Below, one piece after another: positions 36,996 through 50,470 of a stretch of DNA of 64,000 bases. The stretch lies in the NCBI GenBank assembly GCA_964188305.1, contig OZ076885.1; one strand, 5' to 3'. Under the pieces are notes generated by a model. It was not told the origin of the DNA. It ran no database searches and worked only from the letters and a program-made list of their open reading frames with translations. Source of the stretch: Podarcis bocagei (taxonomy: Eukaryota). The position numbers and the translations under genes are program-made. How positions within the stretch are numbered: position 1 is the stretch's first letter; each line of letters opens with the position of its first letter.

Positions 36996-38860
36996 TACTC
37001 AGTTTGGGAGGTGCTACAAAATGCACAGTTCTCATTACAAAACCCTACGAAACAACTACAAAACTTGGGCATCAGTTTGAAGTGAATCAGACAACGTTGG
37101 ATTTCTGAGTGTTAACTACGAACTGGCCCACTCTGATGTATCAATTACTCAGTTGGGGGGGGGGTACAAAACTACTTCAAAACTTTGGCACTGGTTTTGG
37201 GGGGATCCAAAACTTCAGGATTTGTAGTTAATGAATTGGCCACGGTCAATTTAAGAACTTTTAAGCAGTCATTCACAGGGCTGGCTTAAGACTTTTTCTT
37301 GCCTGAGGCAAAGGACACTATTATAGCACACACACACGACATACACATTCCATGTATAGAAGCTGCCTAAACTGGCAGTTAAATCTTATTTCAACCCTGG
37401 CAATAGGACAGTGTTCCCCAGTACACTTGAGGGTAGCAAACTAGTTAATGGGGTGACGCAGAGGCACCATCTTCTGAAAATGATTTGGGGGGGGGGTGAC
37501 GTCACACATGCAACATTGTGAGGAGCCAGGGTGCATAGTCGAACACATGGCGCCCTCCTCCTGCCGTGCAGTGGTTTCAACCTGAACAAAATCGGAATCC
37601 AGATGTTCCCGGGCAGCCTCCCCTCTATTCAGTTTGGTCATGCCAATGTAATGCTAGTACTTTATTATCTGTTTCCAGACCCCTCTTTGTCATATAAATG
37701 AAACATTCAAAACACAGATTTAGGAAGCAATCTACATTCCCCTTAAATGTGTTTGTACTGCTAGTCCTGACCTAGTCATACTGTGTGCCTTCTAGACATA
37801 TACACTGTGCTGCTTTTTGTAACTGTGTTACTTAAAGCCATAGACATTTCAATTGTGTTTCATTTCAACAAAACATTGGTGATTAATTGGAAGAAGAAAC
37901 ACCTTCAGGAGATGAAAGTCTCACTCGGAGTACAGCTGTGAGATGTAATAAAGACACTGGTAGTGGGGACGGGAGCTGTTTTTCTAACAGTTGTCATGGA
38001 AACAGAGCAAGTAGGGCATCTGCTATGCTGTCATCATACTCTGGAAAACCTTGTGAGCCTGATGACATAAAATCAATACAGTGAAAGCTGTTTGGGGACA
38101 GTCAGTTTTTGGTGCGCCATCAGGAACATGGAGGTTAAATAGGGCCTTGGTGCTCATATGCCTCTGATGCTGGTTAAACTTCAAAAAGCATCCAGTTGAT
38201 TACGGTCTATTACAGTTGTTGATGTTGCATTGTTTTTTTTAAAAAAAATAATCTCCCGAAGACCTAATGCAATACTTGGTGCAAAAGTGTACAATCAGTT
38301 TGACTTTGACAATTTCCAGAGGAATACCTTTTGCAGCAAAAATAGCAACCTTAAAGACTAACATGTCTATTATGGCTCAACTTGTTGTGAACTACAACCC
38401 ATTTACTCAAACACATGAAATATTATCCTGATGTTGTTATCCCAGTTGCATGTTCATATGAGTGTGTGTTTTTTTTGGGGGGGGGGGAGACAGAAATGGT
38501 ATAATGTGAGGTCAAAGGAAAACAAAATGCAGAAAAGTACAGTCAGGAATAATTACATGCTGAAGACAGTTCTTGATTACTTGAACACCCCAGCATTAAT
38601 AAGACAATTAACACATGCTAAAAATACTTTGATTTTGGTTTCTTTACCTGTTTCTTGGATGTATATCTAGCGACCTCTTCAGGTCAACTTCCCAAAAGCA
38701 AACTATAGCAGAACCAAATTTGACAATCTGACAAGTGGTGCTCATTTTCCTCTTCAGCCTGAGAAAAAGCAGTTAAAAAGAATAGAAGCATAAATAAGAT
38801 TCCATTATTAATGTCTATAGCTGCTCAAGAGTGCAAACTGTTTTCTGTCCTTAAAAGGAC

Positions 38861-39114
38861 AGCTTCCGCGTCATGTGGCCAGCATGACAAAGCCGCTTCT
38901 GGAGAACCAGAACAGCGCACGGAAATACCGTTTACCTTCTTGCAGAGCTGTACCTATTTATCTACTTGCACTTTGACATGCTTTCAAACTGTTAGGTTGG
39001 CAGGAGCAGGGAGCGAACAACGGGAGCTCACCCCGTCGTGGGGATTCAAACCGCCAGCCTTCTGATCGGCAATCCCTAGGCTCTGTGGTTTAGACCACAG
39101 CGCCACCCGCGTCC
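38861..39114 (-). mobile_element. Sauria SINE, 3'-truncated
   Basis: homologous to the 3386 and 33802 copies. Confidence 0.88.
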
Positions 39115-40189
39115 TTAACCATTCCCAATTCTAAGCATGTTAACTCTGAAGTAAGTCCCACTGACTTCAGTTGGACTTACTTCCAGATTCGTTTAGTACT
39201 GCAGACTGGCAGGTAGGTTATAATATCCCAATTTACGGGAAGCAAACCAAGGCTGTGATTAACTATAACCAGGGTTGTACATTGATGAATAAATGTTGAG
39301 CAGGAGGCTTCTGTGGTCAAAGGGCAGCTAACATTTGAATTACTTAAGAATGCACTTTTGCAAAGGATTCCAAAATATCAAGGAGAAAAGCTTTGGCTTC
39401 CGACCTTTAGGGTCAATGTGACATAACTTATGAAGAAGCAGCAAGCAGCAGTGGATTGAAACAGTATATTCTGCAGTGAAGGATGAAATTGCTGTTCTAG
39501 TCTGCTGAAAACATAGCTTCACTTCCACTTGGAAATTCAGCATGGTTTGTTTGTTTTTGCCAAAGGCAAGGAAACTCTAATGTTAGACTATGTACATGAA
39601 TCATGTACACAAGTTGATAACAGCAACAAAATAATTTGAAACTATACACTGCAATGCTAACTTCTGGACACCATTAAAAATGAGACCTTCGCTTACTAAC
39701 AAGTCAAGAAGTTAGCTACACAGCAATTGAAATGTTCCTTATTGTAAACTAATTTCTATACAACTCATATACTCAGATTGAGTCTACTATTCTAAATGGG
39801 AGTCTTAGACTTTTGATATAGTGAGCCTGCCCTACAAAGGTGACAGACCTCAATTTCCCAAGTTTAATCAATGTCCAAACCACTCACAAACATGTGGAAG
39901 TAAAATAGGTTATAGCGCTTAAAAAATGTACGGTATCTCTGCACAATACTGGACAGAGCTAGTATAAGCCTATATAAGACCCCTATGCTAGGGTGGGGGT
40001 CAGTCTTAAGGAAGATACATATTTACAAGATATAAAGAGTTGTCCCATTTGTTCAGGCAATCCATATGGACAACACAGCTGCAATACATTTGTTTGGAAA
40101 GGGAGTGGAAATGGAGTGGGTTCTATCGCCTGTCTTACTAAGACAATCCCCCATCACAATGAGGGACACAACACCTGACCAAAATGGAA

Positions 40190-40790
40190 TCAGTATGAAA
40201 ATGTCTCACAAACTTTGTGGTTTCCAACTCTTCTTGGTGAATCATGGTCTCCAGTGAGGTGAGCCATTATCAGACCATCACAACCATTCATGACTCTGAG
40301 GTAAAAAGTTTGTGGCAAGAATTGTAGCAAACTGGCTAGCTGCTCTCTAACTGAACTGAGGGTCAGCAAATTAATAAATTCAAATGATGTGAAACTACAT
40401 GAAAGAAGATGTATTTTCTGTAGCAGTTTTTCATGTGTGGTTAATTTGTTTTCACACACGTTATAAATAAGGCTTGCCTCCCTACTAAAATAAAACACTG
40501 TTTCCACTGGATTTAACCACAACTAAGAATATCCACATGAAAGCAGGGTTGTTTTTAATTATATTTTCTGCAGAGATGTCACTTGCTTTTGAGATGGCAA
40601 ATACATAAGGGAAAAAGAATACTTGTTCTTTTTCAGTTCCTTGGCATGAATAGTTAGACAAAGGCAATGTTCTTCCCAGTAAAGACCAAAAGCGGGCAGG
40701 TGGTTGAACAGATCGGGAGAGTGGGTTGGTGAAACTGGCATCAAAGTACTAATTTGCAGTTGCAGGAAATGGCTATAATGAGATTGATTA
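40190..40790 (-). mobile_element. decayed non-LTR retrotransposon ORF2 C-terminus (RTE-X-like)
   Basis: one frame 40744->40190 with two internal stops; LLSCGYS*LWLNP and LTGDHDSPRR..HKVC segments resemble RTE-X post-RT motifs (recalled, not searched). Confidence 0.4.
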
Positions 40791-42517
40791 AAAATCAGGG
40801 GGTGTGCAACCTTCCCTCTGTCTCCTTTAATCTGGGCACATATTTATTAGCAGGTAATGAATCATACTCAGAGAAATCTACAGGCTATAATATACTTATC
40901 ACATACTGCTTAGTGATTATTTGACAAGCACAAAGATTTAAAGGCACTTTAAGCTCAAGAGTGGTCTGAGACATCCAGATAAAGCAATCTTCATTGTTCC
41001 TGTACTGAAAACTAGCTATTAAATGACAGAGATTACATTAATATGCTAGAAATTCAAAGAGAGATAAAGATGTTGCTGTACCAAGTTGTGGTATACAGCC
41101 TTATGCTCAGTGACACTTACTCTGAGTAGACATGTTTAGGATTGTGCTGGAAGGCAATGCTACAAGTATGCATCAAGCACACATGACGTAAATACACTCT
41201 CCTGAGCAAGAACACAAACAGAAATTAATCTGACACTATGAAGCTCTGCTGATGTGAACAGCTGGTTGGGGTGGGGAAAACACACAGGAAAAAAGTAACT
41301 TTGCTGCACTTTAAGGCAGTAATATGAACACACTGCAAGATAGTGGGGGCAGGGTTTTGTGCCATATCTATTCATTAGGGTCTCATATCTATTCATTAGG
41401 CACAACCAGTTCCTCTGCACTGGGCATTGAACAGAGTGCAATGTATCGCAACTATGATATAGCGAATTGAGCAGAAAGGAAGGCAAGAGGTTGGGGTGCC
41501 AAATTTTGGGCTCACACAGGGTACCACTTGAAAGACCAAAGCCTGCCCCTGAGGGTGTACTAGGGTGGACAGACAGATGCAAAAAACTCTACCTTTAGTA
41601 GCTGTTTAGAAAATACAACATTGTTATGTAGCATACCTGCTGAAATTCCTTCTTCTACAGAGCTACTAAATGGCAGGAACTTTGTAGTATTGGAACAACC
41701 AAATAAAGGTTGTTCAGCCATATGCAATGAGGATTTCCCTCAAAATGAGTAACTTAAAAAGGGCTGCAACAGTCTAGTATAGCTTGAGCTGCTTTGGAAA
41801 TCCCCCTACTGTAAGCGTTCACAAAATTGCAGGCACAATCAAGTTGGAGTATTATGTGACATGCCTCTTCATAAGCTTTTACCATGAACGCATTTCATGT
41901 TAAGAAACGCTTTTGCTCTCCAACGTCCACCCGGCGAATAGCTGTTGAAGAAACAAAAGCCAGACCAGAAACAGACAATGAAGCAATATTAATTCATGTC
42001 TCCACCTCTGTGGCCTCGATTCTGACTCGTGGCAGCAGCATCAGGAAAATGAATGGAGGGAGGTACAGAAGTGGCAAAATGGATTTGGGGGAGCGCGGCG
42101 GGAGGAAACTACGCCCCAAAAGTAAGATTTCGGAAAGAGAAATAATAAAAGCATTTCACATGAACGCTCTCATCTTAAAACACTTCCCCCCGCCAAGGCA
42201 AATCCTCTTGGTTTCGATCGAGCTAACTTTCAAGTAAGCATATTTAAGGTCTGGAGTCTCAATTTTGACGTCCAGTTTCCTAGAGGAGAAGCGCTGCTCC
42301 TTCAGGAAACCCCACGGAGGCCTTGTCGCGGGGGCTGAGGGGAGCCGCCTCTGTCTCTACTAGCAAAAAGCAGGCGACTGAACTCGAGTGAGAGACGAAG
42401 AGGGCCACACCGCCGGTTCTCTCCCCTCGCGTGATTTCGCCGTAAGGCCGCGAGACCGCCCTTCGAGCAGTGGGCGGTGGGAGGAGGGCCCTTTCCCGAA
42501 AAGGAAGGCCCCGCGGC

Positions 42518-42527
42518 GTCACGTGAC
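42518..42527. promoter_or_regulatory. CLEAR element / E-box GTCACGTGAC (TFEB/TFE3/MITF/USF type)
   Basis: exact palindrome (CGTCACGTGACG 42517..42528) ~130 nt upstream of the ATG of an endolysosomal membrane protein gene. Confidence 0.7.
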
Positions 42528-42655
42528 GAGGCGCGGACGGGCCCGAGCCTCTGTGGAAGGCGGAAGTCGGGATGGTTCCGGAGCTGGGAGTTCGCGCCCC
42601 GCCTCGGCGGCGATAAGGGGAGGGTCTCTGGGTTGGCTCGGCGCGGGAGTCGGGC

Positions 42656-42739
42656 ATGGCAGCCCCGGGAGGAGCGCGGGCGGCGCTATGCGCGCTCATG
42701 GCTCTGGCCGCGCTCGCCGGGCACGTAGCCGGCGAAAAG
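42656..42739 (+). CDS. TMEM9B: TMEM9B exon 1, signal peptide (MAAPGGARAALCALMALAALAGHVAGEK)
   Basis: Kozak ggcATGg, hydrophobic signal peptide, aag|gtatg donor, phase 0. Confidence 0.9.
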
Positions 42740-43560
42740 GTATGCGACGCGCGCGACCCCTCCCCGTCCGCTCCCGTGGCGCTCGCGCTCCCTCTCCCTC
42801 CACGGAGTCTGCCCGCTTCCTCTCCAGTCCCCGGAATATCTCTGCATCTAGGAGGGAGCGGCAGCGGAAGCTGCCCTCTCCGGAGGGTTATGTTAAAAAA
42901 AAAAAAGCTTATGTTCAAAAGGCCAGGGCTTGTCAAATCCATACATTTAGGGAATAAGACGCCCCCGCTTCCTCGCCACCACCACCGCCCGCAACGCTGG
43001 GGCTGTCAATCTCACCTCCGTCGCTGACGCTTGCTTTCTCGTTATCGACGACTTTTAATTTCTGAAAATACATATTTCTGCAGCACTCTTAAAATATCCC
43101 TTAAGCAGAACGCATGTAGGAGCTCTCCTTCAAAAAGAAAAATAAAAAATAAAAGAAAAAGTGGTAGGGCGAGGTAGGAGGATTGCAAAGCACAGCAGAA
43201 AGAATCGGTTTTCGGACAGGGAGGTTTTTGCTATGTCATATGTGTTTATCCGATTTACCCCACCCGGAAATGTTTGTCGTTTTCTCATTTCAGATGCCGT
43301 GAAGAGCAAAGGGAGGCATTTTGCTTAAGCTTATAATTACAAACATGTTCAACTTCGAAATACATTCCACTTAACTGAATAGTATTTGATGTTGACTTGG
43401 GCTTGTTGAGAGTTTCAGTGGCTACCTTTAGCTTTAGCATCATGTTTGTGGCCAACAGCAGTTACTATGGATTTTTATGAGGCTTCTAATTCTGACTGCT
43501 GTCTTGCATTCCTATCCTTTGTTCATGTTGTCATCTTGTGTATTTAGACATCTGTAGATG

Positions 43561-43915
43561 TCTTCTTTTCTTCTTCTTTGGCAATCACTCATAGCCTAGT
43601 AAAATTGTCTTCCATGAACACAGTCTTAGCAATGTGTCCGTAAGTGACTGTGGAGGCCATAGGTTTCTGGGTGAGGATCACGGTGAGGATTGACGTGCCT
43701 TACTCTTAGCTCGTTTCTCCCTTTCCTCCTGAGTTCATGTTCAAAGTCCATGACGCCTTTGGTAAAGGCTATTCTCCAATTGTACGCTTGCAGACTGCAT
43801 TTTAAAGATTTGCCTCAAGAGCATCTTTAAACCAGCATTTTGCTTTCCATTCTTAAGTTGGGAATAGAGTAGTTGCTTTGGAAGATGATAGGCATCTGAA
43901 CCACATGACCAATGT
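43561..43915 (-). mobile_element. RTE-clade LINE 3' fragment
   Basis: (ttc)n tail then tttggcaatcactcatagcc..gtcttccatg; ORF2 end RLPKQLLYS.L; short + copy of the same tail at ~35760..35810. Confidence 0.75.
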
Positions 43916-44486
43916 AGGAGTTGTTTTTAAATATCAAGCACAGCTGGTTGTGTTTGGGTGTTTCATGATGAGTTGTGGTGTATAAACTGGTATAAAAGAT
44001 TGCCTGCTTAGATGGCTTTGAGGAACAGTGGGAAATGGAAGATATTTTGTGTTGGAGTGGGGGGATTTCAGAATCCCTGGGTTTATTGCTGGAGTTTAAA
44101 AGTGGAAAAAGTGTGTAACAAGATTTACCTTGTTTCTCAAAGCTGCTGAAAGGCTTCAAGGTACATAGCTTGAGGTGTGTTGACTTTGCATTAATACACT
44201 ACCAAAGGAGGTAATCTATCTAGTTCCCATTTTTACAGTTCTAGTCAAATTAACTTGATCAAGCATGGTTCAATTTATAGAGCCAAACATCTAATCAGAA
44301 GTGTAATTTTTGTTAAGTTTTCTTTCTGTTATTCATTTTTTAGAAGGTAGGTTGAAGCCTTTGAAGACATATATAAATTCCAACAGGGTAAAAATCATAA
44401 ATACTCTGTAAAAAGAGAGGCACTATTGTCATTATATGTCATTTATACTCTTAAGTATTATTTTTTAAACATGTTTCTCCTGTTGA

Positions 44487-44642
<156 letters not shown>

Positions 44643-46921
44643 TAAGTATATGGCACTTTTGTCTTGTTCTTGTACTCTTAACTAAAATGCTGGCCCTTTA
44701 TTTAATTGCCATTTCAAAGGTACTGTTGTTGATACAGAATTTTGTAATGTGGAAATTAATCCTTATGCTGAGCCTAAAGGTGCAGTAAAGGCAAAAGATA
44801 AGGAGCTGTTGAATTTCAGGCTATTTAGTAAACATAGGTAATAAACTATAGTTTCTTTTTTATGATGGAACTGAAATACAACAGCATTTATGAAAGAAAA
44901 GCCTTTAGTTCAAAAATGGTTTATTTTCAAGCACTTGCATTTAAGGCAATCAGACAAAACTCCAGTTCTAATAGTTTGGCATACCTTGAGTTGGCTGTCA
45001 AAAGTAGTCAAGCAAAGGCATGTGGGTTAGCCTAATTTGTATATATGAACTTGAAACAGTGGCTTTCATAGTGTCTTTCAATATATAGGGCAAGTCTTGG
45101 AGGGAAAAACAGTATTTCCTCTCAATGAATACTAATACCTACACTGTGGTGCTTTTCTGTTAGCAGGGCCAGCATAGGGGCCCTTAGCATGGAGCAGACA
45201 AGAGATCCAGAATAACCCCCACCCAATCATGGCGCAGGCTTACTTGTGGTGGCCACTGCTACCACTCTGAGGGTGGCAGCAACACCAAAACTACTCACTG
45301 CCTTCCACCATGGTCCCACACACCGTGGAGAGGCAAGAACACTTTTGAACAGAAGATGAGCTCTGGACTGTGGATCCATGAAAATCCACACATTTCATCG
45401 TAACATCCAGACATTACGTTTTGGGTAACTTGAAAAATGGTGGGCGGCCCCCGCAAATGGGAACTATGCTTTGCTCTCTTTCAAAAGCAAGGCTGCTCCC
45501 TACTGCTAAAAAACATCCCGTAAAGAGATTAGTGAATGGTGACCTGGCCAGGTCAGGCTGGTGACTGCTGGTACCGGTCCCGTCTATTAGTGTAGTGACT
45601 GGAAGCTTTTCTTCATGACTAGCTACACCAATGTATAACATGCCCTTTGGCGATAGCTACTATATGTTCCTTAGATGATACCAAAGTAATCCAACTGGAT
45701 GAAGTTTGGTTTCATTTGCAAACTTTAGGAAGTATGGTTTCATCTTCTTTCTGGCTCAACCCAGAATGATTAGATGTCATAGGCATTAGCTTGGAAGGTT
45801 TTATGAGGCTAGTAGCATACTTATTTAATGCCTTTGCCATGTACTGAATCTCCTTAGGTTGGCCATCATGAATTTGATCATTTGCCCTTGTCATTTGAGC
45901 AATGCAGGAGTCAATACAAACAGAGTGGAACAATTAATAAATTAGCTGTGATAAGTAAGTGTTGTCCAGAAGGTATATGAAAGCAGCCATATACAAAGGA
46001 CTTGTAAATTTGGTTTTTCATGCACATGTTCACTTTCATTGAGAAAAGTAAGTGCATTCTGGCATAATACAGTTAAACCCTCTTCTAATGAGGATAAAGG
46101 GATGGTACAGTGCAGTTCCTCACAGTGTAAGCCTCATTCTGTGCTTGAAACCAGAGAAGAAAGGTTTCCATACCAATACTGTCTTGTCTGTATAGGATTA
46201 GGCTTTTAGTAGATCGTACAGGAAGAACGCATGGTAGTTCCATAAAAAGAGTGTATGGTATTTCACATGGTGGGAGAACTCTTGACAATGTGAAGTAGGA
46301 GGGAAAGCAGATGACAATTGTAGCAATCGCACCTAACTTTCTGTGACCACTTGCCTATTGAAAATACTCCACTTCTGCACCGCCTTCAATTCAACAATTG
46401 TTCCTGCCTGCAAAAGAAGGAAAGAAGGTTTTTCTAAAATGTACAAATTGCTTCCTAGGCTATTGCATGCTCTTTTTGAACATCAGAATACCTTTCAGTA
46501 TGGCTAGAGTAAAGAGATGTGTGTAGAGTAAAGAGGTATGTGTGATTTTGGGAACCAGATGGATTGTTGCCAGGGCAAGGATTTCTTCTCTGAACATTTA
46601 ACAATCACTCCAGCTGGTTTTACCACTTCCATGCACCACAGCTGATATCCACTGAGGGCTTGTGATGGTGATGAAGATCCGGGAGTAGAGCCTAGCAAGT
46701 CAGACAGGGATTTAGAGATTCAGGGCCTTCTCTTAGATACTCCCATGCTGGCATTTGTACTCTAATGTGTTTTCCTCTTCCTAAGTGACTTAAATTCTGT
46801 TGCACCAAATTAAATATTTAAGCAGATCATTATTTGGGTTAAATGTCAATTATTTCTAACTTCCAAAAATATGAATAATAGATTGTGAGTTCTTGATACA
46901 TTCAGCATGTGTTCTCACTGA

Positions 46922-47161
<240 letters not shown>

Positions 47162-48496
47162 TAAGACTTTTGCCAAAATCCACATTTTAGATTAGACAAA
47201 CCTATAAAGTAAAAGTTTGTATAGTAGAACCTACATAAATTGCATAAAAATCCTTCTAGAGGAAAAAAAATATACTAAAATCATGACTCTTGAGTATTAT
47301 GTGTGTGATGCAGCAGCTACAGTAATGGAATGTTGGTAGCTAGATTTTGAAGAACATTTTTGCCCTATATAATATTGATTCTGTACTTTGCTTAGTGTAA
47401 ATAAGCCAGCTCTCCTATTTGGTTTCTTTCTACTAACCACAGTTAAGGGCTTTCTACAGTTTGTCCAGGTTCAGTTGTTACAATAAACTGCAGTTAAAAT
47501 AGAAGCGGAAACTTGCAAACTCCTCACAGCGATGCCAGAGGAGCACAGGGGGTACATGTGAGGTCAAAGAGTGTTACGGCTTGTCTTCATAATGCTAAAC
47601 TATTGTTTAGCATCACTTGTGAATGCAGCCAGTCTCATGCTCCCTAGACCATTTATCGGTCAACAATTTGTGATGTTTTTCTATCAAGCAACAATGGCTA
47701 GCCCCCATAGCACATGTTTTGCCAGTCAAGGCATGCTTAACAGGCATAGCATTTGGTCTATTGGTGTCAGTACCATAAATTATTTAAGTTATGATTGGAA
47801 GTAACATTAAGTGCTAAGAGTTAGTCATGTTTAAATGCTCACATACAGTAAATCTGCCCACCCTGTTCATTTTTGTGTCCAGTTCTTGAATTGCTTAATA
47901 TTTTGTTAATATTTTTGCAAGGCTGTGGTAACAGCATCAGAATTGCTTAATTTGTGCATCCAGCTTAACCTTTCTCTGCTGTGCTGACAGTGGCCTTGTT
48001 TATTGATATACAGTCTGCTTTCATGGATAGCATTCAAAGCAAGTTTGTGACAAGCTTTACATTGGAGCAGTCCAGGCCCCTCACCCGCTTGTTGATCTCT
48101 GCTCTCACAAATTCACTTTGTGCTGTATCCAGAGGTTCTGTTACAACCCATTTTTGCTGCTGTTTCCTGTTTTTTAAAGACTCAGTTGGAATGGGCACCT
48201 GTTTAGCCATGATAAGTTTCTCTGAGAAAATGAACCCATATTATCTGAAGAAATTGAGTTTTGATTTTCCTACTCTTTAATCCCTTTGATAGCTTTGGTG
48301 CATTTTCTCTTTGTTTCACTTACTCATGCTAAATGCTTAAGTGGTTTAAAAGTCCATTTGGATACATTGCTGAGAATGGAATGCCTAAATGTTTACAATG
48401 CTGTAATAGACCGTTTGTTTCACTTGGCCAGCCAACATTCTCCCTATTAGTGTGTTTTCAGATGGCATAACTGAACTATTGTCTTATGCCATGTAG

Positions 48497-48649
<153 letters not shown>

Positions 48650-50308
48650 TAATATTCAAAATCCATATGTTCAAGGTCCCTAGTTGCAAAATTTCAGGTT
48701 GAATTTTGATTGTTCAAAATTCTGATGTAAAAATACAACAGAAATATTGTTTTAAAAATATAATACTAAAATAGCAAATAGGCAACAACCCTTACATTGG
48801 AAATGGTACTAATCAGCAGACAGCAAATGCCATGGAAAACAAGAGTATCTTTGTTGATAGTGAAAGATGTACAAAGAATACCAGATGGAAGATGGTTTCA
48901 GAGTCTTGGCCCCAAACTTAAAAGTCCTGCTTTAAGTGGCAGTTCTTCACTGACCTTCCATAGCACAGAGGAATTATTGTTCAGTTGTCTACATCCTATT
49001 TCCCTGATTGTGAATAGGGCGTGGTAAGGCGTATTATACATATGACCATGTCACATGTTATGCACATGGTGATGGGTATGTATAAGATCCTGAAATACTC
49101 CTTCCCATGCTCCATCAGGTATAGGATATTTTAACCAGCTCAAATGTATTCCTGGGCTTGTGCAAGTGTTGTTTTAGGCAGCTTGTGTGACTTTTTCACT
49201 TAAAACCTGACGTCAGATTTCCAATTTGGTGTATGCTGTTTTAAAAAACCCCTAAAGGCCTTGAAGTATTGCTGCTAAAAGTACTAGTCAGTTTTGACAT
49301 GTTAACATGGTAAACAGTTCACAATGTGGATATTTAATCCTTAGTATATACCACATACTTGCCCTTCTCTAAAGCTAATCTTTAAAACACAGCTTAGTGC
49401 CCAAAATCTAAACAGTAGGTTTAGCATTGAATGTTGATGTTTATGAATGGCATTCATCCAGTGGTATGTGTAATAGGGTGGCATGAATGCTTAACATAAA
49501 TATAGTAGTTCAACTTTGTCACCTAAACAGCTGTATTTTTGCTTTTCTTTTAAGATATTGAATATAAACATGTGTGCTCAGTATTATTTGACATCTTGGA
49601 GTGAGTACTCTAAACAGCTTCACAACAATAGGTGTTGCTGATTAGTAGTGTAGTTGCTTAGACAGAGTCGCAAGTGTGTTGGTAGTTTAAATTTCAATGC
49701 TATCTTACAAACTGAAGAATACACAGGATCCTTTTACTACTCCTGATAATCTTGCACTGGAAAACAATTTATATTGGGTTTAACCAACATTAGCTGTATT
49801 AACGTTGGCTAGATACGCCTAATTTCATTACATTAATTTCAATGAATAAAACATGGATACAATCTACTGGTTATTAGTGGTCTCAGGGAAGTATTAGTTG
49901 ATTTTCAAGGCAGTATCCAATGAAGTAGTTCTGTTTGACTTAGTGCAAGGACTTTTGGCTGTGCAACAAAACTTCCCCTTCCTTCCATCTTCCCATGTGC
50001 ACCATAAACCTCTTCTGGGGTTTCCCTTCAACTCTGAAGAGCAGATTAGGAGAGGAGGCATGCGGGTGGGGGGAGAGAGAAGAAATAGAGGAAGTTCTAT
50101 TGTGCAAGTGAAAATTCTCAAGCACGCAGAATCCTCAAGCCTCAACCCTAACTTTGCTATTTTTAATTGCTTGGCGCCAAAGTATTGTGTTTGCAGAGTG
50201 AATGCACTTCATCTTATGCACAGCAGAAAAGGGGTTGCCAACTTCTGCAGCTGCAACTTCTGCATGGTGAACGATAACAGTTTAATAATGAAAACTTATC
50301 TCCCTTAA

Positions 50309-50470
<162 letters not shown>

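Larger units (their letters stand above)
42280..43050. promoter_or_regulatory. TMEM9B CpG-island promoter
   Basis: very high GC and CpG density around the ATG at 42656; ETS core CGGAAGT 42561..42567. Confidence 0.85.

Noticed and set aside
41363-41401. short local tandem duplications (also ~8885, ~56895)
   Set aside because: ordinary slippage duplications with no evident function
42280-42957. 220-aa (-) and 189-aa (+) ORFs
   Set aside because: low stop frequency in the GC-rich TMEM9B CpG island; low-complexity R/G/A/P composition
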